Shown: positions 48,815 through 57,833 of the stretch, in pieces | How the letters are laid out: each line of letters opens with the position of its first letter | Position numbering within the stretch: the first letter of the stretch is position 1 | NCBI GenBank assembly: GCA_023898385.1 | Contig: CP060220.1 | Coordinates: 1,228,993 to 1,292,992 of the forward strand | Reading direction: 5' to 3' | Source: Pseudobdellovibrionaceae bacterium | GTDB lineage: Bacteria > Bdellovibrionota > Bdellovibrionia > Bdellovibrionales > UBA1609 | Length of the DNA: 64,000 bases | Translations under genes and position numbers: made by a program | The notes under the pieces: model-generated | Database searches by the model: none | Told to the model about the DNA's origin: nothing | What the model saw: only the letters and a program-made list of their open reading frames with translations

Positions 48815-49291
48815 ATGTACGTGATCGAAAAATTGTCTTTGCCCGCGATAATGATCGCAGCCCTAGTTTTTACAGGTTGCTTACCGAAAGAAGCTGAAGA
48901 TGCCGCCAGTGGCGGTGGCGCAGCCATACCCACACTGTCCATTTCATGTGCTTCTCCCCCTTGCTCGGGTGGGCATGACGGAAGCCAGGCCTATTTTGGT
49001 TTAATTGATATGAGCTGCGCACAGTTTATGTCGGCACAAAATGGCCCTGTTATTGTGTCATCAGGAATTGCGGCCTGTGACAGCATGAACGGATGCTCAG
49101 CATCGTCTATGGCATGGGAGGTGGAGTCGACCCATGAGTCTGTTTCGTCTCTGCCAGCTGGAGTGGTTGGACAGGTCGGATTTATTGACTTTGATGATCA
49201 AGACGGCGACGGTCCTCAGCCGGGTGACTACCTCTGCTGCGATGATGCCGTGACTGGGCAGCTTTCAAACTGTGATCTGGTTGGACCGTAA
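48815..49291 (+). CDS. small Cys-rich acidic lipoprotein
   Basis: Start MYVIEKLSLPAIMIAALVFTGC after a TAGGAGG RBS. About 10 Cys. Confidence 0.55.
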   Translation: MYVIEKLSLPAIMIAALVFTGCLPKEAEDAASGGGAAIPTLSISCASPPCSGGHDGSQAYFGLIDMSCAQFMSAQNGPVIVSSGIAACDSMNGCSASSMAWEVESTHESVSSLPAGVVGQVGFIDFDDQDGDGPQPGDYLCCDDAVTGQLSNCDLVGP

Positions 49292-49318
49292 TTAAGATTT
49301 TAATTAGTTTTTACGTAA

Positions 49319-49354
49319 TAAAAAAGCGCAGGCTTCATTGCTTGCGCTTTTTTT
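49319..49354. terminator. bidirectional rho-independent terminator between convergent genes
   Basis: aaaaaaGCGCAGGCttcattGCTTGCGCttttttt. Confidence 0.65.
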
Positions 49355-49388
49355 GAGTTGGTTGTCTAATAAGAGCAGGTTTGTGAAT

Positions 49389-50585
49389 CTACTTTCCCTG
49401 ACCTATGATTTCACCACATGAACCTTTAAGAATTCCCAACATGTGCGATACCGCCTGATGCTGGATGACCAACTTGGAGTCAACAGTATTTGCCAATTTT
49501 TCTGCAAGCTTGGTTTCAAGCCTGACCACTTCTTCGATCACCACTGGTAACACGGAAACACTGTTTTCTTCTGGGTACACACCAAAAGAGTGAGCCCCAG
49601 CGCGGCGACCTTCTCTGACTAAGAAATCGGGAATTGGCAGTTTTTCGTTGTTTTTTTGATAGCTCCTCATGGCCTCAACTTCCTTCAGGGGAACATAGGC
49701 AATGGGGCGCTTAACGATTCGTATCCTTTTTTGATCGTGCCACGGCATAGGAGACGCTGTTATTGCCACTTTTTCAGTATTGACCAAATAGGCTTTAGCT
49801 GTCGTCGAGGTGATTTCAAACTTAATGTATGCATCTTCATTGGGCTCGGCAATTTGGATCATTCCGCTATCGGGCTTATCCACGGCTATTCGCTTGGCTA
49901 CGTCAAAACCCAACTCTGAAAGTCGAACAAGGAGTACTTTAACAACTTTTTTTGCCGCCACTAGTTTGGATGGCCGTGACTTTACTAACTCGAGTATGTC
50001 TGAATGATCTTTGTACACATCCTCGTGATTCATTTCACTGAGTGCTTCATCTAAGCTATCAAATTGGAGGTAGGCCGAAGAATAGTTTCCCACCACATAG
50101 AAGTCTTTTTTATCGCCAGTCACCTGAAGAATGAGTGGCTCTCCCGCTCGTTGCTTGACGAAATCTTCAAAGCTTCGCTGACGATCTGGAGTGTTCATTC
50201 CCCAATAGAGATTATCAATTCCACCACTTAACATAGCCTTTTTAATGAAATCGGGAACTTGACTGGCATCTTTCGGGAGCAAATAAAAAAGCCAAGGCTG
50301 TGGCTTTACCCAGTAGGCACCCATAGCTTCGGGATGTGCCGCAAGCGCCTGATACAGACCCTTTATAGTTACAAACTGGGCGGTCTGACCGTTTTGATGA
50401 ATGTAAGCGTTTCCATCAGCCCCTTTTTCTACTTTGGGAGGATAGGCCGCTCGAGCCGATTGGGCCGAAGTTAAGGCCAGAGTTGAGCCCAACACTAAGG
50501 CTGAAGCCGCAACTCCAAAATATCGAGAACAACGGTCTCTGTTATTTGATCGTATATTCAAAATAGATCTCCTCAGATGCCCCAC
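49389..50585 (-). CDS. hypothetical secreted protein (398 aa)
   Basis: Long ORF with a signal-like region (ALVLGSTLALTSAQSARA). No motif recognised. Confidence 0.6.
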   Translation of the reverse strand: MGHLRRSILNIRSNNRDRCSRYFGVAASALVLGSTLALTSAQSARAAYPPKVEKGADGNAYIHQNGQTAQFVTIKGLYQALAAHPEAMGAYWVKPQPWLFYLLPKDASQVPDFIKKAMLSGGIDNLYWGMNTPDRQRSFEDFVKQRAGEPLILQVTGDKKDFYVVGNYSSAYLQFDSLDEALSEMNHEDVYKDHSDILELVKSRPSKLVAAKKVVKVLLVRLSELGFDVAKRIAVDKPDSGMIQIAEPNEDAYIKFEITSTTAKAYLVNTEKVAITASPMPWHDQKRIRIVKRPIAYVPLKEVEAMRSYQKNNEKLPIPDFLVREGRRAGAHSFGVYPEENSVSVLPVVIEEVVRLETKLAEKLANTVDSKLVIQHQAVSHMLGILKGSCGEIIGQGK

Positions 50586-50800
50586 GGGGCGGCCATTAAA
50601 CCCTGAAAACTAAAACTGGGTTTTTTCCTAACATAGCAGCAAAATAGGGTCCAATGAGACCAGGGACAATGAAAAGGAATTACTTGGGTTTATGGATTTA
50701 AATCAGACAACACGAACCTCCCCACGAAATCAGCGCCCCTATTTGTCATCCGTTCGTGTGAACCCTATTCACAACAGACAAACAAAGTGCAAAGCCAAAA

Positions 50801-50967
50801 GGTGACGGCCGGATTTGAACCTCTCGAGAACGCGTCAAAAAGCCAAAGGCTTTTTGACGTGGCCCGTGGTCGAGAGAACGAAGCGAGCCTTGCGAGCGCA
50901 GGGCTCGGAAACCAACAGGGTTCGGCTCCTGTCGAACCCTCCAAATAAAAATGGCCCCAATGGGGCC
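50801..50967 (-). repeat. R1: decayed tRNA-Cys 3'-end core (50801-50821) plus a 146-nt hairpin-rich arm
   Basis: About 95% identical by eye to 51893-52063. The core ggtgacggccggatttgaacc matches the tRNA-Cys copy at 60220-60240 at 20 of 21 positions. Confidence 0.8.
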
Positions 50968-50968
50968 G

Positions 50969-51115
50969 CTTGAGTTTGTCCTAACCTCCCTGAAAAGCCG
51001 TAAACGGCATCGTGGGGCAACGAATATCCCTCAGCTCTACTTTCGCCTCAAGGCAAGCAAAGAGCCTAATCTGCCCACAATCAGAAGAGTTGTCTTTAAT
51101 TGTTCAAGCCCTTAA
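50969..51115 (+). pseudogene. truncated copy of gene X (homologue of 60472..61011)
   Basis: Translates to LEFVLTSLKSRKRHRGATNIPQLYFRLKASKEPNLPTIRRVVFNCSSP*. Compare X residues 26-73, LEFILRHLMDRKRHRETTNVPQLYFKLKAQDEPNLPPLWHFKEVFSLL. It starts immediately after R1 and lacks both the N- and C-terminal parts. Confidence 0.7.
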
Positions 51116-51172
51116 GGACAGCCTCAAAATAACGCCTTGACAATCGTACCAATATAAGGGTACACTGATCTC

Positions 51173-51526
51173 GTGAAATTAGAGGCCCGATTTTTTCAGA
51201 CATCATCAGGAGCCGAGCCCACTCGCACTTTCTTAAAGAAGTTAGCGAAGAAAGACCGTGCTCAAGTAGGAGCATTGATTCGCAAGCTTCAAGTAGAGCA
51301 TTATTTGGAGGCCCCTCACGGAAAAAATCTTGGTGGTGGCCTTTGGGAAATTCGAGCTATAACAGAAGGCGGAAAAATCCGGGTCTTTTATTGTTTTGTT
51401 GGTAAGAAATATGTGGTGTTGCTTCACGCAATTTTAAAGAAGACTCCGAAGACACCCAAAAAAGACATGGATCTTGCTCGTAAACGAAAAAAAATAGTGG
51501 AGGATGACTATGGCAACAAAAAATAA
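51173..51526 (+). CDS. RelE/ParE-superfamily toxin (phage Gp49 / HigB-like)
   Basis: GTG start. FLKKLAKKDRAQVGALIRKLQ...LGGGLWEIRAITEGGKIRVFYCFVGKKYVVLLHAILKKTPKTPKKDMDLARKR is the Gp49-family pattern. Confidence 0.75.
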   Translation: MKLEARFFQTSSGAEPTRTFLKKLAKKDRAQVGALIRKLQVEHYLEAPHGKNLGGGLWEIRAITEGGKIRVFYCFVGKKYVVLLHAILKKTPKTPKKDMDLARKRKKIVEDDYGNKK

Positions 51527-51830
51527 AAAATCGCCTTTGGGTTCTTCATTCGATGAATGGTTAGATGACGAACTTAAAGACGAAGAATTTCAAGAGCACT
51601 TTGACAGTTATAAGGGGCAGCTTGATCTTGGCAATAAGCTTAAAAGCATTGCAGAAGAGCAAGGCTACTCTGTCCGAGGGCTTGCAAAAGCAATGGGCAC
51701 AAGCCCCTCTCAAGTGCAAAGAATGTTTTCTATCACAGCAACGAAATGTACCCTTGAAACCTTAATGAAGTTTTCTGTGATTACAGGCGTTGACCTTCAT
51801 CAAATTTTAAAGACTAAGAAAGCTTCTTAG
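51504..51830 (+). CDS. XRE-family HTH antitoxin
   Basis: Overlaps the toxin by 23 nt. HTH: GYSVRGLAKAMGTSPSQVQRMF. Confidence 0.75.
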   Translation: MTMATKNKKSPLGSSFDEWLDDELKDEEFQEHFDSYKGQLDLGNKLKSIAEEQGYSVRGLAKAMGTSPSQVQRMFSITATKCTLETLMKFSVITGVDLHQILKTKKAS

Positions 51831-51892
51831 AACCGTATAGATCAAAAAAAAAAGGGGGGGGTACCAACAGTTAAGTGAGAATAGCCTTTATT

Positions 51893-52063
51893 TGGAGGCG
51901 GCGGCCGGATTTGACCCTCTCGAGAACGCGGCAAAAAGCCAAAGGCTTTTTGACGTGGCTCGTGGTCGAGAGAACGAAGCGAGCCTTGCGAGCGCCGGGC
52001 TCGGAGACCAACAGGGTTCGACTCCTGTCGAACCCTCCAAATAAAAATGGCCCCAATGGGGCC
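51893..52063 (-). repeat. R2: tRNA-Cys 3'-end core (51893-51917) plus hairpin-rich arm, adjacent to the integrase gene
   Basis: The core tggaggcggcggccggatttgaccc matches 60216-60240 at 23 of 25 positions. The arm matches R1. Confidence 0.8.
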
Positions 52064-52079
52064 CTTTTTTATTTGGAGG
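52034..52079 (-). terminator. long (~20 bp) bidirectional hairpin downstream of int
   Basis: CCTCCAAATAAAAAtGGCCCCaatGGGGCCcTTTTTTATTTGGAGG. Confidence 0.6.
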
Positions 52080-52145
52080 TGAGGTAGCAAGTCCAATTAT
52101 TACCACTACTTGCCAGCCTCATCCACCACGAATCCGCCAGGCAGG

Positions 52146-53291
52146 TCATTTTTGACTCCTATTGAAGAGTTCAACGACCCGTCCCATAGTTTCCTTTCCA
52201 CTGAGGAGCTTGAGGCCCTTGGTGGCTCCCTGAACCTCGATCCCAGCCAACCTGATATATCGCTGCATGGTCTTGAGATCCTTCCAACCACAGATTTTCA
52301 TAACTACGGCTGGAGCTACTCCATCCCGAATGAGCTGGGTGGCAAAGCAGGCTCTCAGGGTGTGAAATTTCACTGAAGGGATACCAGCTCCTTCACAAAA
52401 TTTGCGAAGAATCTGCGCTTGCCTGCCGTCTTTCCAAGACTGATACCTGGGGAGAACAAACTCCCCATGCCTCCGTTTGGTTTTCAGCTCCTTGAGCAAA
52501 CCTAAAACTTGGCTGCCATCAATGGGAACAGTTCGCCAGTATCTCCCCTTGGTTGGGCCAAAGCCATCCTTGTTTGTCCAATTTCGATGGACATAAATGA
52601 CGTTGTTGTCAAAATCCACTTGGTTCCATTGAAGAGCGTAGAGTTCGCCACTTCTCATCCCAGTGAACAAGGCAACAGCCCAAACGGGATACCAGCCATG
52701 ATTGATTTTGAAGGCATACTCCAAGAGGGTTCTAATCTCGGTGAGGTTCAAAATCTCAGGGAGTTTTTCCTCTTCTTTTCGAGTGGACTTGTATCCATCG
52801 GTAGGAATGTAACTGATTCCTTTTACAGTTCCTGAAAGAATGGCCCACTTGAACACAGAATCAATAGCTGTTCGCAATCGCTTGCGGCGACTCACTGAAA
52901 TTTCACGCTCCACTTCATCAAGAGCTGACCAGGCATCTGCCTTGTCAATTTCCTTCACTGGCTTTTCTGCCCAGTGACCAACAAAGCGAGTGAGCACGGA
53001 CCTGTATTCCTCAATCGTACCCTCTGAAATAGACCTTGAGTGCAGCCTGTCCTCTCTCGCTGACAATTCCCAACGGCCAACAAGATCCTTCCACAGAACA
53101 CCTCGATGTTCTAATCTCGATACTTCTTGCTGAGCCGTTCTCAAAAGCTGCTTGCTAATGCGTTTGGCATCTTGCTTAGTTTTTATTCCTGATCTTGACC
53201 GTTCAATACGAATCGTAGGATCGTATTGGCTGCGAACTGACTCACGCACTTGATATAATTTTTGACCTTGTTTTTCATATTCTCTAATCAT
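52146..53291 (-). CDS. int: tyrosine-type site-specific integrase
   Basis: 381 aa. The C-terminal catalytic region has ...FTGMRSGELYAL... (R), ...FHTLRACFATQLI (H-x-x-R) and ...LKTMQRYIRL (Y). Confidence 0.9.
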   Translation of the reverse strand: MIREYEKQGQKLYQVRESVRSQYDPTIRIERSRSGIKTKQDAKRISKQLLRTAQQEVSRLEHRGVLWKDLVGRWELSAREDRLHSRSISEGTIEEYRSVLTRFVGHWAEKPVKEIDKADAWSALDEVEREISVSRRKRLRTAIDSVFKWAILSGTVKGISYIPTDGYKSTRKEEEKLPEILNLTEIRTLLEYAFKINHGWYPVWAVALFTGMRSGELYALQWNQVDFDNNVIYVHRNWTNKDGFGPTKGRYWRTVPIDGSQVLGLLKELKTKRRHGEFVLPRYQSWKDGRQAQILRKFCEGAGIPSVKFHTLRACFATQLIRDGVAPAVVMKICGWKDLKTMQRYIRLAGIEVQGATKGLKLLSGKETMGRVVELFNRSQK

Positions 53292-53569
53292 CGAAAACCT
53301 CCATTTCGTGAGGCTTCAATCAGTCGGTCAAGATCGACACGTTTGAAAAGTAACTTACGTCCACTTCTGTATTGAGGTAGATCGCCACGGCGAGCTTTGG
53401 CCCGAACACTGGCAACCGTTGACCTCATATATACTGCGGCTTCAGTGGCAGTAAGATACTTTTGGTTACTGATTAAGTTGTCAAAGAGCACTGCTGATTT
53501 CAGCTCTCTTCTTTTACTACGAACTCTTTGTAAATCATTGTTTTTTTTCATTGGAACCTCTCTTTTCAC
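53288..53569 (-). CDS. xis: excisionase / AlpA-type HTH DNA-binding protein
   Basis: YLTATEAAVYMRSTVASVRAKARRGDLPQYRSGRKLLFKRVDLDRLI matches the excisionase-family HTH pattern. It overlaps the int start by 4 nt. Confidence 0.75.
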   Translation of the reverse strand: MKREVPMKKNNDLQRVRSKRRELKSAVLFDNLISNQKYLTATEAAVYMRSTVASVRAKARRGDLPQYRSGRKLLFKRVDLDRLIEASRNGGFR

Positions 53570-54296
53570 TTTTTTTATTTTTTACTCCTGGGAATCCATA
53601 GGACAGTCCTCTTGAGCCACTGATGATCCGAGTCCTCTTGGGACGTTCTGGATCGAGAAATGCCAAGAGAAAGTTGCGGTCAAAAAAGTAGCCGAGCAGC
53701 CCTTCCAAATCCTGAGCCACCTCGAACCGTTCTGGGAACACCAAGGTTTCTTGAGGGCCAAGCTGCCGAGCCTTCTTTCTGAACAGCCCAAAGGCTTCCT
53801 CTTGAATCAGATAGTGGACGTGAGGGGTGGCACATCTTTCACCAATGCCTATGGTTCTGATGTACTTGCCGATCTTCCCAGACATCGCCTTACTAAGCAC
53901 AGGGGAGTACCTCAGTAACTTTCCCCAAGGATTTTCACCATCCTGAAGCGGCCAACTCACAATGCAGTGGACATTGATTTCGTACTTTTCAGCAAAGCGA
54001 ACCCCACTGTTGATGAAGTGGTTACGCCTGCGAAAACGACAGGACGGACAGGTCATGCGTTTACATGGCCAGTTGTCACTGCACCTCAATGGTCGGCGTA
54101 GAATTTGTCTGGAATTAAGCGTACTCCCCTCCCTAAAATGGGTAGGGGAGTTTTTCGTTGGGACTTGGGGAGCATTGTTAGGCACAGCTTCCCCCTTCCT
54201 CGGTGGTGTTTTCCGAATTAGGCCAGCCCTCACCAAGCCCCAGCGTCGTTGCAAATTGCTGAATCTCCTCTTCAGAAATTTGTGTGCGGCCTGCAA
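53535..54296 (-). CDS. putative rolling-circle replication initiator (HUH endonuclease-like)
   Basis: CPSCRFRRR zinc-ribbon-like segment and TPHVHYLIQ (an H-hydrophobic-H motif). The start is uncertain because it overlaps the upstream HTH ORF. Confidence 0.45.
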   Translation of the reverse strand: MQAAHKFLKRRFSNLQRRWGLVRAGLIRKTPPRKGEAVPNNAPQVPTKNSPTHFREGSTLNSRQILRRPLRCSDNWPCKRMTCPSCRFRRRNHFINSGVRFAEKYEINVHCIVSWPLQDGENPWGKLLRYSPVLSKAMSGKIGKYIRTIGIGERCATPHVHYLIQEEAFGLFRKKARQLGPQETLVFPERFEVAQDLEGLLGYFFDRNFLLAFLDPERPKRTRIISGSRGLSYGFPGVKNKKSEKRGSNEKKQ

Positions 54297-54417
54297 CTAT
54301 ATTCACCAGGCGGTCATAACTCAGATTGTAGTGCTGTGATGCCTGCCACAGGCTTCCGAACTGAAATATGAGCTGCCTGCGTAGCTCTGGCAGTTTTGTG
54401 CTTCTTTGTTCTCTCAT
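54178..54417 (-). CDS. small HTH regulator (Cro/Ner-like)
   Basis: 79 aa; GSLWQASQHYNLSYDRLVNIVAGR is HTH-like. Confidence 0.5.
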   Translation of the reverse strand: MREQRSTKLPELRRQLIFQFGSLWQASQHYNLSYDRLVNIVAGRTQISEEEIQQFATTLGLGEGWPNSENTTEEGGSCA

Positions 54418-54518
54418 TGTACCTCCTTCAAAAGTAAATTTTCTGAAGAAGAGATACAGCCAACAGGTAGCGATTGTAATGTTCTCGAAATCGCTCTTTC
54501 TCGCCTTTTGGGAACAAA

Positions 54519-55460
54519 TTAGCTTAGCAGAAGAAGTATTTGCTCAAGCCTTTTAAGTTGTACGAATCCATCCAGGCCGAAGCCATGCAAAGGGTCACTG
54601 TGTTTCTTATAATTTTGGATTTTACGATTCCAGTCCAGATTTACACCAAGGCGACCCAATAATTTTTCACAAAACTCTTTGGCTTGACCTGCACTATCAA
54701 AGCATTTTTTTTCATAGAGTGCCTTCAACAGAAATAGGGATGGAATCATTTTCAGTTTTTTGATGTTTCCTTTTTTGCCATACTCCAAAGCTAACCCACC
54801 TTCTTCATAGAGGCTTAACAAGATTGATGATAAATAATCAGCAACGTCGTTAACTTGCTTCCCGAGGTGCGAAGATTTATTGAAGTGAGCGTCTAACTCC
54901 GTCCGATCTCCCTGAAGAGTAAAAACAAGGATGTCCTGCTCTAAATCAACCACCTTTGTAAACTGTCTAATTCTATCAAGGGCTGGTCTGAACTCGACGA
55001 GTCTCATACCTTTGTCTTTACCAACCTTAACACCCATTTCCTTTAGCTTCGCTCCAATGGCGGAGACTGCTTGATTCAGATCAAAATCGACAGCCATGTG
55101 TGCAATCAGATAGTACTGGATTAGAGCAAAACGGCTTGAGTCTATAGGCCAAATTTGTCTTAGATCAAATGTTGAAAGTTTACCCTCTAATTCTTTCAAA
55201 TCGACGACTGAATCTTCCATACTTAGTCTTGGGTGCATTGCAAGTAACTCCTCAGCAGCTTCTGATAGCTTGGACTTTGTAACAGCAACATCCAGATTCA
55301 ATGGTTGCCCCATTGAGGTGTGCATTAGCCTTTCTGAAACAGCTTTTAGGAGGTCAGCCACATCACTTACAGTTGGTGCTGCCTTCTTTATGACTCCAAA
55401 GAGAGCCTTAGAAAGATCAGTCTCAATATGGTCCAAATATGGAATGTCTGGTTTTCTCAT
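54519..55460 (-). CDS. hypothetical 313-aa protein, first gene of the leftward element operon
   Basis: Long ORF with no motif recognised. It is divergent from the TerS-like gene across a 70-bp region. Confidence 0.55.
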   Translation of the reverse strand: MRKPDIPYLDHIETDLSKALFGVIKKAAPTVSDVADLLKAVSERLMHTSMGQPLNLDVAVTKSKLSEAAEELLAMHPRLSMEDSVVDLKELEGKLSTFDLRQIWPIDSSRFALIQYYLIAHMAVDFDLNQAVSAIGAKLKEMGVKVGKDKGMRLVEFRPALDRIRQFTKVVDLEQDILVFTLQGDRTELDAHFNKSSHLGKQVNDVADYLSSILLSLYEEGGLALEYGKKGNIKKLKMIPSLFLLKALYEKKCFDSAGQAKEFCEKLLGRLGVNLDWNRKIQNYKKHSDPLHGFGLDGFVQLKRLEQILLLLS

Positions 55461-55530
55461 GGTCTTTTATCGGTAAAACGGCCTGAAGATAAAATGTCGA
55501 TCTCTGCGTAAAAAATTGGTACGTTGAGGT

Positions 55531-56034
55531 ATGGCGAGACCGACAAAATATCAGCCTATTTACTGCGAAAAAGTTGTAAAGCACTGTGCTAAGGGTCACA
55601 GCTTCGAGACCTTCGCTACCTCAATAGGAGTTTCGAGCCGTACAGTAAGGAACTGGGCAACAAACTTTCCAGAGTTTTCTGAAGCCTGCGAAAATGCCAA
55701 AGTGGCAGCCTTATATTTTTTTGAAAAACAACTCCTTTCTGGTATCAGTGGTCGGTCCAAGAAAAATGCGGCATTGCTGATCTTTACTTTGAAAACCAGA
55801 TTCCACGAAGTCTATGGGCAACCCAAATTAGAGATTGAGGCACAGGTAGGTATTGACCCTCCAGGTACGTTCGAGTTCAAGGGCAGAAAAGTAACTGGGG
55901 CTGAGCTTGGCGTTGAAGAGCTTGAAGAAGCCACTCAAGACCTCAAGGATCAAATCAAGGAAAAGGAAGCAAAAATCTATGCCCTTGAAAATGACCCCGA
56001 TCCACTTACTGAATGTGAGTCCTCTTTTTTATAA
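55531..56034 (+). CDS. terminase-small-subunit-like HTH protein
   Basis: MARPTKYQPIYCEKVVKHCAKGHSFETFATSIGVSSRTVRNWATNFPEFSEACENAK follows the common TerS N-terminal pattern (RPtKY.pe....i......G.s......igvs.rTv..W....peF). C-terminal coiled coil. Confidence 0.45.
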   Translation: MARPTKYQPIYCEKVVKHCAKGHSFETFATSIGVSSRTVRNWATNFPEFSEACENAKVAALYFFEKQLLSGISGRSKKNAALLIFTLKTRFHEVYGQPKLEIEAQVGIDPPGTFEFKGRKVTGAELGVEELEEATQDLKDQIKEKEAKIYALENDPDPLTECESSFL

Positions 56035-56095
56035 GCGGAAAAAACTCCAGGGAAGAGGTTTTTGGGGGAAATGATAAATTAGAAATAGGCGATGC

Positions 56096-56887
56096 CTATT
56101 TCTTAAAAGCCATCATAGGACTGTCAAGCAGGCTAAATGATAGAGGGCTTGACTCTTTCCCTGGAAAAATCAGACTCTTTGCGTCCTCGCCCAACCTATA
56201 AACCAGGTGTACGGGTTCTTTTTTGTTTTTCCACACCCCAGCGAAGGACTCGCAATTTGCCTTAGCCTTTTCAAGGTTACTGTAAAAGTCATAGGGCAAT
56301 TTTTTATCTTTTGGGAGCTCAGTGTTTTCAACCTCACTGCTCAGATAAACAAGTTCCGATTTCAAATTCGCCAGCCTCAGGTATCTATTCGAAGAATCGC
56401 CAAGCAATGTGTTGCGTTCTACCAAAATTGTATCTTGAACAGTTGCAGTAACCTTCAACGTACATTCACCTCTACCTACAGAAAACTGTGTACACTCTTT
56501 CTTACCGTCGTCATGCTCGTAGCAATCACAGTGTTCGGCATTTGCTGGGCAGCTTTGGACCTCTTCAGAAACGTAGTACTCAAAAAACTCTTTACTAAAT
56601 TCAAAAGTCAGGCTTTTGGACTCTTGCTCCAGGGACATATATGATTTGCCACACCTTTGCCCAAACACCAGACGAGTGATTTTGTCAGAGGGTTTCCCTG
56701 TGAAATAATCATGACAATAGCCTTCCCACTCACCAGTTAGTTTAGGGGTTTCTTCAGCAGTTGTGACAGTTGTCTTTTCTTTTGGGCTAAAATCAGGGGC
56801 AATAGGCTTGTCAAAAGTAGGTCCACACGCCATCAAAAGAGAGCAAGTCAAAATCCCCAAGAAAATTTGATTTCGGTTTACACTCAT
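56096..56887 (-). CDS. lipoprotein, Cys-rich, unknown function (element cargo)
   Basis: Lipobox LLMAC. 263 aa. Confidence 0.6.
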   Translation of the reverse strand: MSVNRNQIFLGILTCSLLMACGPTFDKPIAPDFSPKEKTTVTTAEETPKLTGEWEGYCHDYFTGKPSDKITRLVFGQRCGKSYMSLEQESKSLTFEFSKEFFEYYVSEEVQSCPANAEHCDCYEHDDGKKECTQFSVGRGECTLKVTATVQDTILVERNTLLGDSSNRYLRLANLKSELVYLSSEVENTELPKDKKLPYDFYSNLEKAKANCESFAGVWKNKKEPVHLVYRLGEDAKSLIFPGKESSPLSFSLLDSPMMAFKK

Positions 56888-56894
56888 TTAAGAC

Positions 56895-57833
56895 TCACCA
56901 TTCACTATGACGAAGCAAGCAGGATGCCTCTATTGCAACCTTTTTCTTTCCATCATCACTTGTACAATTTGTCGAAATCTGTAGAGCAGCACCCTTACGA
57001 TCAATCGTATGGATACAGTTAGTCACATCCTCCGCAAATGTGCCACCCTCAGATTTGACTCCAACTCTTGCCTTGGAATTAGAATTTACCGATTTTTGGG
57101 GTCCATTCAGGTCAAGGTTGACGCCGCTAAACGTGATAGACACATAGTCACGGCTCGAATCACTCCCCACAGAATCTCCATCAACCTCAAGGATCATATA
57201 GTAAAACTGAAGTTTATCTTCGTTGTTTAGCGAACAATTGATCGAATCATGCAACCCTTCCTGCTCATAGTTTGTTCGACCAGCAACTGTTTTGTCGATT
57301 TCAAGATTAGCAAGCCCTTCACGTTCAACACTGGCCTTAATACTCTGCTTGAAGGTCAGTGATTGGGCTGTTTTGGTTGCCAACTTGCTCTCGTTGATAC
57401 GCTTAAACACATGCTTAACCCCTTGGGGGCTATTCCCCTCAGAAAGAAATTCAAGGGTCAGAGAATTGCTTGAGTAGCTATGAACAACAAAGTCGGTCAT
57501 TGAGAAATTTTCTTCGTCTATCGTGATAACCTTATTGCCTTCAACTTTGTATGGTAGCTGTGGCTCTGAGAAATGAACAAAATCAGTGCTGATAAGAGTA
57601 AGTGTTTTTTCGTCGATTTGGAGCTGAGTCCACTCTGAAACATTTCTATCAGCATAAGGATTGTTGGGGTCGGGGCGATTTGGCTTCATGGATTGACCAT
57701 TGAAAAACATGGAGTCAATTTCCCAAGCACCAATAATTGCCTTGAAAATCCCAGCCTTACTGTTTCCCGATCCACCTTTTCCGCCGCAACCCACGGCAAG
57801 AATCGCTGTGAGGGCTATAAGTATTTTTTTCAT
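56895..57833 (-). CDS. lipoprotein with lipocalin-like N-terminal region (element cargo)
   Basis: Start MKKILIALTAILAVGC (lipobox). GAWEIDSMFFNG...TLTLIS...YKVEGNKVITI is lipocalin-like. Confidence 0.6.
   Translation of the reverse strand: MKKILIALTAILAVGCGGKGGSGNSKAGIFKAIIGAWEIDSMFFNGQSMKPNRPDPNNPYADRNVSEWTQLQIDEKTLTLISTDFVHFSEPQLPYKVEGNKVITIDEENFSMTDFVVHSYSSNSLTLEFLSEGNSPQGVKHVFKRINESKLATKTAQSLTFKQSIKASVEREGLANLEIDKTVAGRTNYEQEGLHDSINCSLNNEDKLQFYYMILEVDGDSVGSDSSRDYVSITFSGVNLDLNGPQKSVNSNSKARVGVKSEGGTFAEDVTNCIHTIDRKGAALQISTNCTSDDGKKKVAIEASCLLRHSEW

Noticed and set aside
50801-52079. R1/R2 repeats as a tmRNA, a tRNA-like gene or a complete tRNA (GGTTCGACTCC-like strings and a ...CCTCCA end)
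   Set aside because: The TTCGA-containing string is part of a perfect 9-bp hairpin (GGGTTCGAC/GTCGAACCC), not a T-arm. No acceptor-stem partner, tag reading frame or pseudoknot pattern could be found. Only the terminal ~25 nt match tRNA-Cys, which fits an att core better.
51842-52376. Cluster of 60-90-aa ORFs on both strands (51842..52096, 51871..52056, 51875..52087, 51888..52106, 52106..52291, 52110..52376) and 50835..51020
   Set aside because: They fall in the hairpin-rich R1/R2 repeat or antisense to the integrase gene. The mirror-image ORFs are artefacts of the inverted repeats.
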